Shown: positions 46,393 to 56,167, counted from the stretch's first letter. The stretch: DNA of 64,000 nucleotides from Cyanobacteria bacterium SZAS LIN-3 (GCA_018266215.1 JAFEAV010000023.1:760-64759), one strand, 5' to 3'. Translations and numbers: made by a program. Notes: generated by a model from the letters alone, not told the origin.

Positions 46393-46523
46393 AAATGCTC
46401 CACTTGGATAAGGTCTGATCCGTCTTTCACTCTGACGGTTGCAAGAGTAGCAGCAGCGGGCCTGAAAATCATAAAATCTCAGCTTAATCCACGGTTTTTG
46501 GACCTTTTCGGGATCGGAGTCGG

Positions 46524-47444
46524 TTGTCAAAGTTGTTTCACTCAAGGATTTTGCCCGCGGGGTTTGTCTGGGGGGCGGGGACGCCCGTCTATCAAATGGA
46601 CGGCAAGAGCGATCCTTATCGGCGTTTTGCCGAAGACATTGTGCGTCTGTCGCAGCTGCAATTGAACAGCTGTCGCTTTGTCATTTCCTGGACGGCGGTG
46701 CAGTCCAGTGGACGGGGCCCCTGTGATCAGGTGGCCCTGGACTTCTACGATCGGCTAATTGATTGTCTCCTGGCCCTGAATATTCAACCTTTTGTCACCC
46801 TCTATCAGTGTCGGTCGGAGCAGTCTCCGTTCGCCAGCGAGATCTGGAGCCGCGAAACCTGCGCTCTGTTTGCTCAGTACGGCGCCAGGATGATCGAACG
46901 CTATGGCGATAGGGTTAAGCACTGGACTACATTTGACGAAACCCCCGGTGCTTCGTATGCGGGGCGGCAAGGGTCGCACCACCTCTTGCCGGCTCATTGT
47001 CTCGCTTCTCAGGCTATGCGTCAGGCGGCGAGGTCTCCGGTGGCCGTCGGCATCGGTCTGCATTTGTCAGCGATTGCGCCTCATCGTGCAGGCGATTTGC
47101 TCGATATCCATCTGGCTGAAAGCGCCTGGCGTAAAGATTGCGGCCGCTATCTTGATGCGCTTATTCTCGGTCAATATTCGGCTGAGAAACTGGATTTCGT
47201 CGGCATCAATTTGGGTGCACCCGATGTAGTGTCTGCCCGGCCGCAAGCCCTGACTGCAGGCGGAGCTGAATACACGGAGGGGCAGTCCTTGCGCAATCTG
47301 CTTAACCGCATCGATCGGGAATACCACAGGCCGGCACTTTATGTCACCGGCAACGAATATGTCCGAGGTCCTGCGGAGCAATGCGCCCTGGCTCTGAAAG
47401 ACGGAGTCGACTTGCGGGGATATTTCGCCTGTGGGCTGGTTTAA
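46524..47444 (+). CDS. Glycoside hydrolase family 1-like protein, shortened and with altered catalytic motifs
   Basis: 306 aa with a TTG start. GH1 blocks FVWGAGTPVYQMDG, CRFVISWTAVQ, LDFYDRLIDCLLALNIQPFVTLYQ and VKHWTTFDE. The NEP and TENG positions read DET and TGNE. Confidence 0.55.
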   Translation: MSKLFHSRILPAGFVWGAGTPVYQMDGKSDPYRRFAEDIVRLSQLQLNSCRFVISWTAVQSSGRGPCDQVALDFYDRLIDCLLALNIQPFVTLYQCRSEQSPFASEIWSRETCALFAQYGARMIERYGDRVKHWTTFDETPGASYAGRQGSHHLLPAHCLASQAMRQAARSPVAVGIGLHLSAIAPHRAGDLLDIHLAESAWRKDCGRYLDALILGQYSAEKLDFVGINLGAPDVVSARPQALTAGGAEYTEGQSLRNLLNRIDREYHRPALYVTGNEYVRGPAEQCALALKDGVDLRGYFACGLV

Positions 47445-47486
47445 ACTGAATCAGGCATGCGATGATACTGGCTTAACGGGGGTGCT

Positions 47487-48287
47487 ATGAATCGTCGGTC
47501 CGGTCATTTGCTTTTCTCGTTGGTGATGCTTGTTTCCGGCGCTTGTCCGGCTGTGCAGGCTGATCCGCTGGGTTTTTCAGATGAAGCTGTCGAGTTGCAG
47601 GCAGCCCGATATCCCGTTCTCGCTCGCTATGTCGATGGCGTGCAGAGAGGGGTTTACGCTAATTGGAGTCCTTATGCGCGTGAGCGCGAGGGATCGATTA
47701 GCTTGATTTTGCGGATTGAAGCCAGTGGACGGCTCGTGCCGTCGATAGCCATTCCCGAGTGTTCCATCGAGGATAGCTTTGCCGTTATGGACGCGGCCCT
47801 TTCTGAGGCGCCACTGAAACCGGTGCCTGCGGTACCGGGCCGCGATGCCGCCGGTGGTACCACAACCAGAATCGAATTTTATTCGCGTACTTTCAATGGA
47901 GTCTTTGGCATTCCTGATCCTTCCGACAGCGAGCTGCTTTTCGCCACTAAGCCAAATTTGCGCGGCAAGGCCGTTGTCTACCACGCGCTACCCCTGACGA
48001 TTTTGCGGCGCTATCCGGCTGCCTTCAAGCGACGGGAACTGCATGATATAGCTAATTTGAGGGCCATCTCCGTAAGCAAACTTTGCTCCAGCAAACCCTA
48101 TCCGCGACAGAAAAGATATCTTTTTCCCTGGCTCATCGCTGAACAGTTGTGCAAAGATCTTCGCCTTCTGTCTTTGTACAAAGAGTGGCAGGACTTTTTC
48201 CGCACTCACAAAACCGCTTCAAGGGCGCAGCTACTGGCTCAGCGTGCCAGGATGGATCAGAAATACGCCGCGCTTTTCCGTCTCTAG
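47487..48287 (+). CDS. Secreted hypothetical protein
   Basis: 266 aa. Signal peptide LLFSLVMLVSGACPAVQA. No firm domain call. Confidence 0.55.
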   Translation: MNRRSGHLLFSLVMLVSGACPAVQADPLGFSDEAVELQAARYPVLARYVDGVQRGVYANWSPYAREREGSISLILRIEASGRLVPSIAIPECSIEDSFAVMDAALSEAPLKPVPAVPGRDAAGGTTTRIEFYSRTFNGVFGIPDPSDSELLFATKPNLRGKAVVYHALPLTILRRYPAAFKRRELHDIANLRAISVSKLCSSKPYPRQKRYLFPWLIAEQLCKDLRLLSLYKEWQDFFRTHKTASRAQLLAQRARMDQKYAALFRL

Positions 48288-48345
48288 TCTGTGCGCTGTT
48301 GTCATGCCCCGGGCCCGTCTGCTAATCTCGTGAGCCGGAGGAGTG

Positions 48346-49128
48346 ATGACCATAGCTGAGCCGGTAGTTAGTGTTCAAAATCTGCGCAAAGAGTTTGGTA
48401 AGTCTTGCGCTGTGGATGACATTTCCTTTGACATACCCAGAGGACAGGTGCTGGGTTTGCTCGGTCCAAACGGTGCCGGCAAGTCGACCACGATTCAAAT
48501 TTTGCTTGGACTGATTGCTCCGACATCCGGCAAAGCCCTCTTGTTTGGCCTGGATCCGTGGAAGGACAGGGTTGCCGTATTGCAGCGGGCCAATTTTTCT
48601 TCGGCCTATGTTTCACTGCCGCACAATTTGAAAGTGGCGGAAAATCTGGAAATTTTTGCCCGTTTGTACGGTGTCAAAGACCGGGCCCAAAAGATTCAAA
48701 GCCTGCTTGCCCTTTTTGAGATTGAACACCTGGCCAAAAAGATGACCGGCGGTCTCTCTTCCGGCGAATCGACACGGGTAAACCTGTGCAAGGCCATGCT
48801 CAACGATCCTGATTTGTTGTTGCTTGATGAGCCTACGGCTTCCCTCGATCCGGATATTGCCGACAAAGTGCGCAACCTGCTTCTGACCTATCAAAAAGAG
48901 CGTGGCGTCACGATTGTCTATACTTCCCACAATATGAAGGATGTGCATGAACTCTGCGAGCGCGTTATATTTTTGAGTGAGGGCAAAATCATCGCCGACG
49001 GATCACCCAGTGTCATACTCGATCATTTTGACGAGGCAAGCCTGGAGGAAGTATTCATCGCCATTGCCCGGGATAAAGTGAAATTGCGCAAAGAGGAGGG
49101 CGAAAGCACCAGTGATTCTGCGCTTTGA
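48346..49128 (+). CDS. ABC transporter ATP-binding protein (ABC-2 exporter type)
   Basis: GGAGGAG Shine-Dalgarno sequence. Walker A GPNGAGKST, signature LSSGESTR, Walker B LLLLDEPTASLD. Confidence 0.9.
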   Translation: MTIAEPVVSVQNLRKEFGKSCAVDDISFDIPRGQVLGLLGPNGAGKSTTIQILLGLIAPTSGKALLFGLDPWKDRVAVLQRANFSSAYVSLPHNLKVAENLEIFARLYGVKDRAQKIQSLLALFEIEHLAKKMTGGLSSGESTRVNLCKAMLNDPDLLLLDEPTASLDPDIADKVRNLLLTYQKERGVTIVYTSHNMKDVHELCERVIFLSEGKIIADGSPSVILDHFDEASLEEVFIAIARDKVKLRKEEGESTSDSAL

Positions 49129-49912
49129 CCGAATTATGGGTCTGTTCCGTCGCTATGTATTTATCTACATGCGCGGCAGTTTTCGTATTCTTGATGTGGC
49201 TTTCTGGCCGGTCATGGACCTTCTGGTCTGGGGCTTCGTCTCGGTTTATTTCATTGGCTTGAACGGTTCGGGCAAACCGGGAGCGGTCACTTTTCTCATA
49301 GGTGCCATAATCCTGTTCAACATTTTGTATCGCTCGCAGCAGTCGGTGACCATATCTTTGCTGGAGGATCTCTGGTCGCGCAACCTGCTCAACATATTTG
49401 TTGCACCAATTACGGTGGCGGAGTTTATTTGTGCGACCTATCTGGTCGGTCTGGCGCAGGTGGCTTTTGTGGGGCTCTCAACCTCGATTCTGGCGGCCCT
49501 GCTCTATCATTTCAACATCCTGTCACTGGGCTTTTTACTGGTGCCACTTTTTCTCAATCTCATTGTTATGGGCTGGAGTCTGGGTCTGCTTTCCTCCGGG
49601 CTTATACTGCGTTACGGCCATCAGGCCGAGGCTCTATGCTGGGCCCTGCCCTACCTGGTGCAGCCGTTTTCGGCGGTGTTTTATCCGATCAGTGTGCTGC
49701 CCACCTGGTTGCAGCCGGTTTCGCGACTGATGCCGGCCTCTTATGTCTTTGAGGGCATGCGCTCGGTCTTGCAGGGCAATGCCGATGTCGGTGCCGATCT
49801 GGCCTGGGCCACTGGTCTGAACGCGGCCTACTGGATTTTCTTCAGTTTCTTTTATACGCGGATGCTGCAGGCCGCTCGCAACCGGGGCTCGCTGGCTCGA
49901 TTGGTCAGTTGA
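49112..49912 (+). CDS. ABC-2 type transporter permease
   Basis: 266 aa with six hydrophobic helices. Overlaps the ATPase gene end by 17 nt. Confidence 0.8.
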   Translation: MILRFDRIMGLFRRYVFIYMRGSFRILDVAFWPVMDLLVWGFVSVYFIGLNGSGKPGAVTFLIGAIILFNILYRSQQSVTISLLEDLWSRNLLNIFVAPITVAEFICATYLVGLAQVAFVGLSTSILAALLYHFNILSLGFLLVPLFLNLIVMGWSLGLLSSGLILRYGHQAEALCWALPYLVQPFSAVFYPISVLPTWLQPVSRLMPASYVFEGMRSVLQGNADVGADLAWATGLNAAYWIFFSFFYTRMLQAARNRGSLARLVS

Positions 49913-50060
49913 AAAATTATACGCGTAGCTGAAGGCGGCTTTGGGAGCTGATTCTGCTATTGCCACAGATTTATACTATGGCATATAAAAGGAAGTTGTA
50001 AAAAACAAATCGCACAGAGATTGGCGAGGGCCAATCGTCTGCGCGACTTGTTTGCGTTTA

Positions 50061-50666
50061 CTAAATGGCCATCGCCTGCGCCAGCAGCTTGTCGAAGGTT
50101 CCCTGCCTGTCGCAATCCGTTTTGGGCGGATTGTAGGGCAGTGCTTCGGTGTAGCTGCGAGCGAAATCCGAGGGCACAGCCTGGTCCAGACGCTTCCGCC
50201 AGACCCGCAGCAATTGCTGGCCGCACTTGTCGGGCAGCGGAATGCGGCGCGTGCGAAACTTGCTGGCAAAGCGTCCCATCCAGCCATTGCGGCGAACGTT
50301 CTCGAAGATTTCGACGATCTGCGGAACATCGCTGTAGCCCTCGGGCGAGATGATTACCGGAGCCACCTCATAGCGAAGCGGCATGGTTGTGGCATCCCAG
50401 CTGATCTGACTGCGATCGGCGTAGGCAGTCGGCGTCACCGGCGGTGTGGCGCAGACCAGCTTGAATCCGGCCTTTCCACCCTGAACAAAAGCGATGCGCG
50501 CGCCGGCCAACTCATGCACCTTTTTCGGGTGCATGAGATTGGTCTTGTGACAGCCGGTCAGGCCGAAGCTGCCGAATTCCCAGAAGGGATCCGAGCGCAT
50601 TTCAGTCGGCCTTTCCATGTGCGGCTGCCTGAGCAGCGCAACAATAACAGTGGCGTTATTCGGCAT
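50061..50666 (-). CDS. Hypothetical protein with a conserved-looking DPFWEFGSFGLTGCH block
   Basis: 201-aa ORF 37 bp downstream of the methyltransferase fusion gene. GC3-rich like its neighbours. Confidence 0.55.
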   Translation of the reverse strand: MPNNATVIVALLRQPHMERPTEMRSDPFWEFGSFGLTGCHKTNLMHPKKVHELAGARIAFVQGGKAGFKLVCATPPVTPTAYADRSQISWDATTMPLRYEVAPVIISPEGYSDVPQIVEIFENVRRNGWMGRFASKFRTRRIPLPDKCGQQLLRVWRKRLDQAVPSDFARSYTEALPYNPPKTDCDRQGTFDKLLAQAMAI

Positions 50667-50703
50667 TTTTCGTCCTCCTTCACTTCTTGTTCTTGTTCGT
50701 TGT

Positions 50704-52080
50704 TCAGACTTTCTCCGCCACGATTACACCGGTGGTGTCGTCGAAGGGCAGTGTTTCGCCGGGCTTGCCGTCACTGTCGGCGAAGAGCCAGACGTGGCCG
50801 TTGTAGCGGTTTTTCTCAATCCAGGGATTGAGATAGCTGCTGCAAGCGACCATGCGATAACCGATGGCTGTGAGCTCTCGAGCCCATTCATCGGTCGTCC
50901 AGACGCCAAACTCCTCGTTCACCTCCATGGCCCAGTTGGTCACGTAGTCCTTCTTGGAGAGGAATTCGTTGGCCTCGTGCAGGGTCATGCGGAAGTGTGC
51001 GACGCCGTCGAAGATCTGCTCTTCGTAGACGACGCCGGGCTTTGCCGATTTGCCTTTGAACTCGCGGGCAAACTTGCGGAAGCGCTCTTCCAGCTCCTCG
51101 CGGGTGTTGGTCAGGGCCAGACGAATCTGGTCGCGGTCGTAACCGTTGTAGGAGTAGACCTCGTGCATCACCGACGAGAAGATGGCCGTCGACACCGAAC
51201 CGTCAGCGAAGCGCTTGTGGATGATGTTGCCCTTCACCACGGTGACGTTGTGGTTGGGGTAGTGCTGGCTGTCCGACATGTGCAGCAGCTCGCGCGACAG
51301 ATCCATGCCGACGATTTCCGCACGGGGGAAGAGGTTGGAGAGATGAATCAGGAGCGTGCCGGTGCCGCAGCCCTTGTCCACGATCTTGCCGGCCGTGGGC
51401 TGGATGTGCGGGCAGATGTCCTGGATTTTGACGGCCAGGCTGGCGTCCATGCCCTGGCTGTAGACGGTGAAGTCGCGGCCGTGGGAGAGTTCGCCTTCCT
51501 CGTTGACGAGTACGTCGTCGAAAAGCTCGACGATGCGCTCGACGATTCCCCGGGCCTCGTAAACCTTGCGCGTGGAGGCCGTGGCGATTTTGCGCCAGTC
51601 GCGTCCGCTGGCGATGGCCGCCAGAAGATCGACCGGCAGGGCGCCGCTGGTAGAGGGGGCGACGGCGCGGTATCCACCCCGGGCGAAGTGCTTGTTCACG
51701 TCCGGGTTGGCCGAGACGAGCACGGTGTTGCTCGCGTCGAGCAGGGTTTCACCGGCCGATTCGCGCTTCACCACCTCGATGATGTGCGAGGTCCAGGCGT
51801 CGGCGTCGGTGGCCGATTCGTTGATGTCGAGCGCGGTGTGCACCTCGTAGGGGCGGCGCAGGGCACGGGCCAGGCCTTCCACCACTTGCACGCGTTCATC
51901 GGCGTAGAGGGGGTGGCGCTTGGTGGCGCCCTGCCCCTGAGCGGTGATGACAAAGACGAGCTTGCCATCACCTGCGCTCTTCAGCGCCTGACGCAGAGCC
52001 CGCTCCTGGTCTTTCGTGACGCCGTGCCAGCGTCCGACCAGGAGCAGGAATGCTGCTTGTTTTGCTTGCTTTTTGACCAT
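50704..52080 (-). CDS. Fusion protein: Rossmann-like N-terminal domain (degenerate HIGH nucleotidyltransferase pattern), class I SAM-dependent methyltransferase, and a C-terminal extension
   Basis: Start placed at MVKKQAKQ. N-terminal LLLVGRWHGVTKDQERAL resembles the GRFQPFHxGH context, but both His residues are replaced. Methyltransferase motif I is IVDKGCGTGTLL, followed by VGMDLS. Confidence 0.6.
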   Translation of the reverse strand: MVKKQAKQAAFLLLVGRWHGVTKDQERALRQALKSAGDGKLVFVITAQGQGATKRHPLYADERVQVVEGLARALRRPYEVHTALDINESATDADAWTSHIIEVVKRESAGETLLDASNTVLVSANPDVNKHFARGGYRAVAPSTSGALPVDLLAAIASGRDWRKIATASTRKVYEARGIVERIVELFDDVLVNEEGELSHGRDFTVYSQGMDASLAVKIQDICPHIQPTAGKIVDKGCGTGTLLIHLSNLFPRAEIVGMDLSRELLHMSDSQHYPNHNVTVVKGNIIHKRFADGSVSTAIFSSVMHEVYSYNGYDRDQIRLALTNTREELEERFRKFAREFKGKSAKPGVVYEEQIFDGVAHFRMTLHEANEFLSKKDYVTNWAMEVNEEFGVWTTDEWARELTAIGYRMVACSSYLNPWIEKNRYNGHVWLFADSDGKPGETLPFDDTTGVIVAEKV

Positions 52081-52143
52081 AGTAGATTCTCCTGTGTGGT
52101 AAATCACATCCCGGCGGATGACCACACAGGTCATTTACCGGGC

Positions 52144-53445
52144 TTACTTAACGGTGCCTTTCCTGGGCGCCGCCTTGCGTCGGGGCTTCACCATGTTGGC
52201 GATGAGCGCGTCGGCGAAGGCGGAAGTGCCAAGCGTGGTGGCCTTCTTCATGTAGCGAGCCAGGTCACCGGTGACGGTGCGGGCGCGAATGGTCTTCTCG
52301 ACCGACCTGGTGACGATGGTGGCGGCCTCTTCCCAGCCCAGATAGTCGAGCATCATGATGCCCGAGAGCAGGAGGGAGCAGGGATTGGCGATGCCCTTAC
52401 CGGCGATGTCCGGGGCAGTGCCGTGCGTGGCCTCGAAGAGGGCGCAGTGCACGCCGATGTTGGCGCCCGGAGCGATACCCAGACCACCCACCTGAGCGGC
52501 GGCGGCATCGGACAGGTAGTCACCGTTGAGGTTCATCGTGGCGATCACCGAAAATGTGCTGGACTTGCAGAGCAGCTCGAAGAAGGTGGCGTCGGCGATG
52601 CGGTGATTGAGCAGGATCTTGCCCTCGGGCAGCTTGCCGCCGTGCTTCTTCCAGAGGTCGTCTTCCGAGACCATGATGTCGCCGAACTCTTCGGCCGCCA
52701 GTTCCAGACCCCACTTGAGGAAAGCACCCTCGGTGTACTTCTGGATGTTGCCCTTGTGGACGATCGTCACCACCTTGCGGTCGTGCTCGATGGCGTACTG
52801 GATGGCGGCGCGGACGATGCGGCGGGAACCGAAGCGCGACATCGGCTTGATGCCGATACCGGAGTCTTCGGGGATCTTGTGACCGTGCTTGGCCGCCAGG
52901 GCGATGAACTCGAGGGCGGCCGGTGTGCCCATTTCGAATTCGATGCCGGCATAGACGTCTTCGACGTTCTCGCGGAAGATGACCACGTCCAGGTCCTGCG
53001 GGCGTTTGACGACGGAGGGAACACCGCCGTAGTAGCGCACCGGTCGGACGCAGCTGAAGAGGTCGAAGCGCTGGCGCATGGTCACGTTGAGACTGCGCAT
53101 GCCGCCGCCGGTGGGGGTGCCCAGGGGGCCCTTGATCGCCACGCCGAAGTGGTCGATGGCCTCCAGGGTGCCGTCCGGCAGTGAATTGCCGAAGCTGGCC
53201 CGGGCCTTTTCGCCGGCGAAGATTTCGAACCAGACGATGCGGCGGTTGGCGCCGTAGGCCTTGCTCACAGCGGCGTCGATGACGCGGCGTGTGGCGTCCG
53301 AGATTTCGGGCCCGATGCCGTCACCCTCGATGAAGGGGATGATGGGGCGCGCGGGCGTGATGGGCTTGCCGTCCTTGAACTGGATGACTTCGCCCTCGGC
53401 CGGAATCTCGACACCGTTGAACGTTCTCACTTTGGATGTCGTCAT
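52144..53445 (-). CDS. icd: NADP-dependent isocitrate dehydrogenase (homodimeric prokaryotic type)
   Basis: Start at MTTSKV, with an AAGGAAA Shine-Dalgarno sequence. IDH blocks [61 protein letters not shown] and [13 protein letters not shown]. Confidence 0.9.
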   Translation of the reverse strand: MTTSKVRTFNGVEIPAEGEVIQFKDGKPITPARPIIPFIEGDGIGPEISDATRRVIDAAVSKAYGANRRIVWFEIFAGEKARASFGNSLPDGTLEAIDHFGVAIKGPLGTPTGGGMRSLNVTMRQRFDLFSCVRPVRYYGGVPSVVKRPQDLDVVIFRENVEDVYAGIEFEMGTPAALEFIALAAKHGHKIPEDSGIGIKPMSRFGSRRIVRAAIQYAIEHDRKVVTIVHKGNIQKYTEGAFLKWGLELAAEEFGDIMVSEDDLWKKHGGKLPEGKILLNHRIADATFFELLCKSSTFSVIATMNLNGDYLSDAAAAQVGGLGIAPGANIGVHCALFEATHGTAPDIAGKGIANPCSLLLSGIMMLDYLGWEEAATIVTRSVEKTIRARTVTGDLARYMKKATTLGTSAFADALIANMVKPRRKAAPRKGTVK

Positions 53446-54001
53446 AATCGGTTTCCTTTGCAGCACAAAGGACTCGGGGCAAATGGCCACGAGCTGTGTG
53501 CGAGTTTGAGGTAACAAAAATGGTTGTTGTTTTGGAGGACTGTCAGTTCGGACCCAGGAAGAATCCTGAGTAACGCTGGGGAAATAGGGACAGGGTCTAT
53601 GCCGCAGTGTTTTTGGTTTGACTAATGCTCCGGAAGTTGAAAGAAAAGAGATACAGCTCTGAGCTTATTAAGCTCTGGTGGTTTCCAAGCAATAGCTGTG
53701 CTCTAAATATTTACGTGCACCGGCGCGTAAATCTAAGAATTTATGTGGAGAGGGTGAGCTAGCTGCGATAGATTTTGAGTACAGCCCACTTGCGTGGACC
53801 TTACCGGTTCGTAGGAGCCCCACCGTCTATGAAGATTGTTGTTGCGAGGCTGTTGAGCTTGTGTAAAACTGGGTACATAGTCAATGCGACTTGAAGGATT
53901 CCAGCCAAAATGACATTTATTGCAGAGTTATTCGACACCATCCGCGGTCTTCTTCAGGACCTGGTCGAGACACTTGTGCCGGGCCAACGGCAAGTGGCGA
54001 C

Positions 54002-55963
54002 TCAGCCTGTCCGCAGTGACGACGAGAGAATTTTCCGCGCCTGAGAGTAGTAGCGATCAGCTTCCTGTTCGCGGCGCATACGATTAAGCAATACCGCATA
54101 GTCGCGGTAAACCGCTGCCAGTCTGCGTTTGGTCAGATTGTCCGTCGGTGCGGTTCTGCCGCCCTTTTCGTCCGATAGCTGTTCCACTGCCTGTTTGAAG
54201 TGTCTTTCGGCTTTGAAGAGCAGGCTCAGATGGCAGTAAACCAGTGCCATGCGGTGATGACAGAGGCCAACCAGCTTGGCATTAACGTCCGTGCGTTCTT
54301 CCAGAATCGTCAGGCAGGTCTTGAGCAGCCGTTCGGCCTGCCAGCTTTTGCCGTGGGCCAGATAAAGGCAGGCCAGGAACATCAAATCTTCCACTTTCTT
54401 ATCTTCAAGATTGGCGCTGTAGGAGAGTTCCAGAGCTGATTTGAGCAAATCTTCGGACTGGCTGAGTTGGCGGCGCTTGAGAAAGACTCTGCCCAGGCGG
54501 GCGTAAGCTTCACGCAGACCGCGGTAGAACGATTCACGGTGATCCTTGACGAAAGCAAAGTTGGCGCCGAAGAACTCTTCGAAGCGAGTGGCGGCCTGTA
54601 TTTCGGCGTCCGAAGGCTCGAATGTTTCGAAGCCGGTTTCATCCTCGGGCACAAGATTACGCAACTCTTCGGTGTCGAGCTGAATCTGGCGAATCTTGGC
54701 GGCCAGATCAAGTTGACCGGCTGGCATCCTGGCGCTTTCATTAGCCGCCGTCGCAGGCTGTTCCGGGGCGGGGGCAACTTCTTCCTCGAGCTCCAGTGGC
54801 CCGACCATATCGAACATTTCCACCAGTTCCACCGGTCGGCTGACGACGATGTCCTGTCTTTCTCTGACTGACATGGCCGGCAGGTCTGTGCTGGTATCGC
54901 GCGGATTGCGACCTTCTTGATTATCGCCTGCTGGCCCGGCGTTTGCAGCTTCGACACCCGACAGAGTGTTGCGGCGCTGCAGCTTTTGCGCCTGACGCAG
55001 AGCCGGTTTTGCTTTGAGAGAATTGAGTTCGAGAATGCACTCGGCCACGGTTTTGTCGGTGGTGAATACTTTGATCAGACAGGCGGTGGCTTCACCGGCT
55101 GTCAGGTGTGCCTGCGTCGTCATCTGCTGCAGAGACAATGTGGCGTCGAGCAGAGGGCGGGTAATAAAGCCACGCGCTACAAGCATTTCGCCGATTTGAT
55201 GACCGTGGGCAAGTGACAGCTCCAGGGCTTGATTGACGTCGGCGTTGCTGACTATGCCGGCGCGGACAAGGAGTTCACCGAGTCTGATTGCCGCTTTGGC
55301 CTTTTTGGCCTCGGCTTCGTCCGCCATCATATGCGGTGCAATCATTGCCAGCAATTTGCGCGGATCTTGCTTCATGGCAAAAATGGCCTGTTCGCGGCTG
55401 AACATGCCGTCCCGCACCCGCACTTGCAATTCAAGGGCGGCGTCAAGGAAAGATTCGGTCAGGATGCCTTCCTGTACAAGGATTACACCAAGGGGCTCGC
55501 CGCTGGCCAGACCTTTTTGCTGGGCTTTTTCCAGAGTCTTTTCATCCAGGACCTCGGCCGCTAGAAGCAGCTCTCCGAGCTTGCTTGTGCGTTCGGCGGG
55601 GACGGCTCTGACTTCGTTTTTGGGGGTGATGCTCTGCAGGGCCTGCTCAAAAGTAAGGTTCTTGGAGGCAGCCAGGGAAAGCGCTTTGAAGGCTTTGAAG
55701 CTGTCTATCACGCCGTCGCGCAGCATCGATTGCGCTTCCAGAGCGGCTCGCAGCGTTTCCTGACTGAGCACACCACGGGAGATCAGCGTTTTACCAAGGA
55801 GTCTAGCCCGCGTGCCGGCTTCCTTCACCGCTTCGTCCATCTGATGCTGGTTGACCAGTCCGGCTCGGACTAAAATTTCACCGATGGGAAGCTCTGAAAT
55901 GCAACTATTCACTTCTTCAAGGGACCTCAAAGGGCGAAAGTATATACATGTATGGTTAGGCAT
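54002..55963 (-). CDS. Protein with three tandem MshEN (T2SSE_N-type) domains and a C-terminal TPR region
   Basis: 653 aa. Three units each built as 24-aa motif + 5-aa spacer + 24-aa motif, e.g. RLGELLVRAGIVSNADVNQALELS-LAHGH-QIGEMLVARGFITRPLLDATLSLQ. The C-terminus has TPR-like helices. Confidence 0.75.
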   Translation of the reverse strand: MPNHTCIYFRPLRSLEEVNSCISELPIGEILVRAGLVNQHQMDEAVKEAGTRARLLGKTLISRGVLSQETLRAALEAQSMLRDGVIDSFKAFKALSLAASKNLTFEQALQSITPKNEVRAVPAERTSKLGELLLAAEVLDEKTLEKAQQKGLASGEPLGVILVQEGILTESFLDAALELQVRVRDGMFSREQAIFAMKQDPRKLLAMIAPHMMADEAEAKKAKAAIRLGELLVRAGIVSNADVNQALELSLAHGHQIGEMLVARGFITRPLLDATLSLQQMTTQAHLTAGEATACLIKVFTTDKTVAECILELNSLKAKPALRQAQKLQRRNTLSGVEAANAGPAGDNQEGRNPRDTSTDLPAMSVRERQDIVVSRPVELVEMFDMVGPLELEEEVAPAPEQPATAANESARMPAGQLDLAAKIRQIQLDTEELRNLVPEDETGFETFEPSDAEIQAATRFEEFFGANFAFVKDHRESFYRGLREAYARLGRVFLKRRQLSQSEDLLKSALELSYSANLEDKKVEDLMFLACLYLAHGKSWQAERLLKTCLTILEERTDVNAKLVGLCHHRMALVYCHLSLLFKAERHFKQAVEQLSDEKGGRTAPTDNLTKRRLAAVYRDYAVLLNRMRREQEADRYYSQARKILSSSLRTG

Positions 55964-56167
55964 AAAAATGCCTCGAAGCCATTTGTATAAACTCGGGGGA
56001 AGAGTTCTGGGAATTCCTTGGATTTATCGAACGAAGACGCGATAAACACCAGTGACAGACTTTATCAGAGTTAAGCTCCGGTCGATGTTATCGTTCGGTG
56101 AATTTTAGTTTTTGAAACACTTTTCAACCGGTCGCCACCTCGCTGGATGGCAAGTGTCTCTCAAGCA

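Noticed and set aside
50617-53184. 855-aa plus-strand ORF, the longest after the 866- and 1084-aa ORFs in the track
   Set aside because: It is antisense to two well-supported minus-strand genes: icd, with many family blocks, and the methyltransferase fusion. Its translation is G/A/V/D/R-rich with no motifs. It is explained by high GC3 on the opposite strand.
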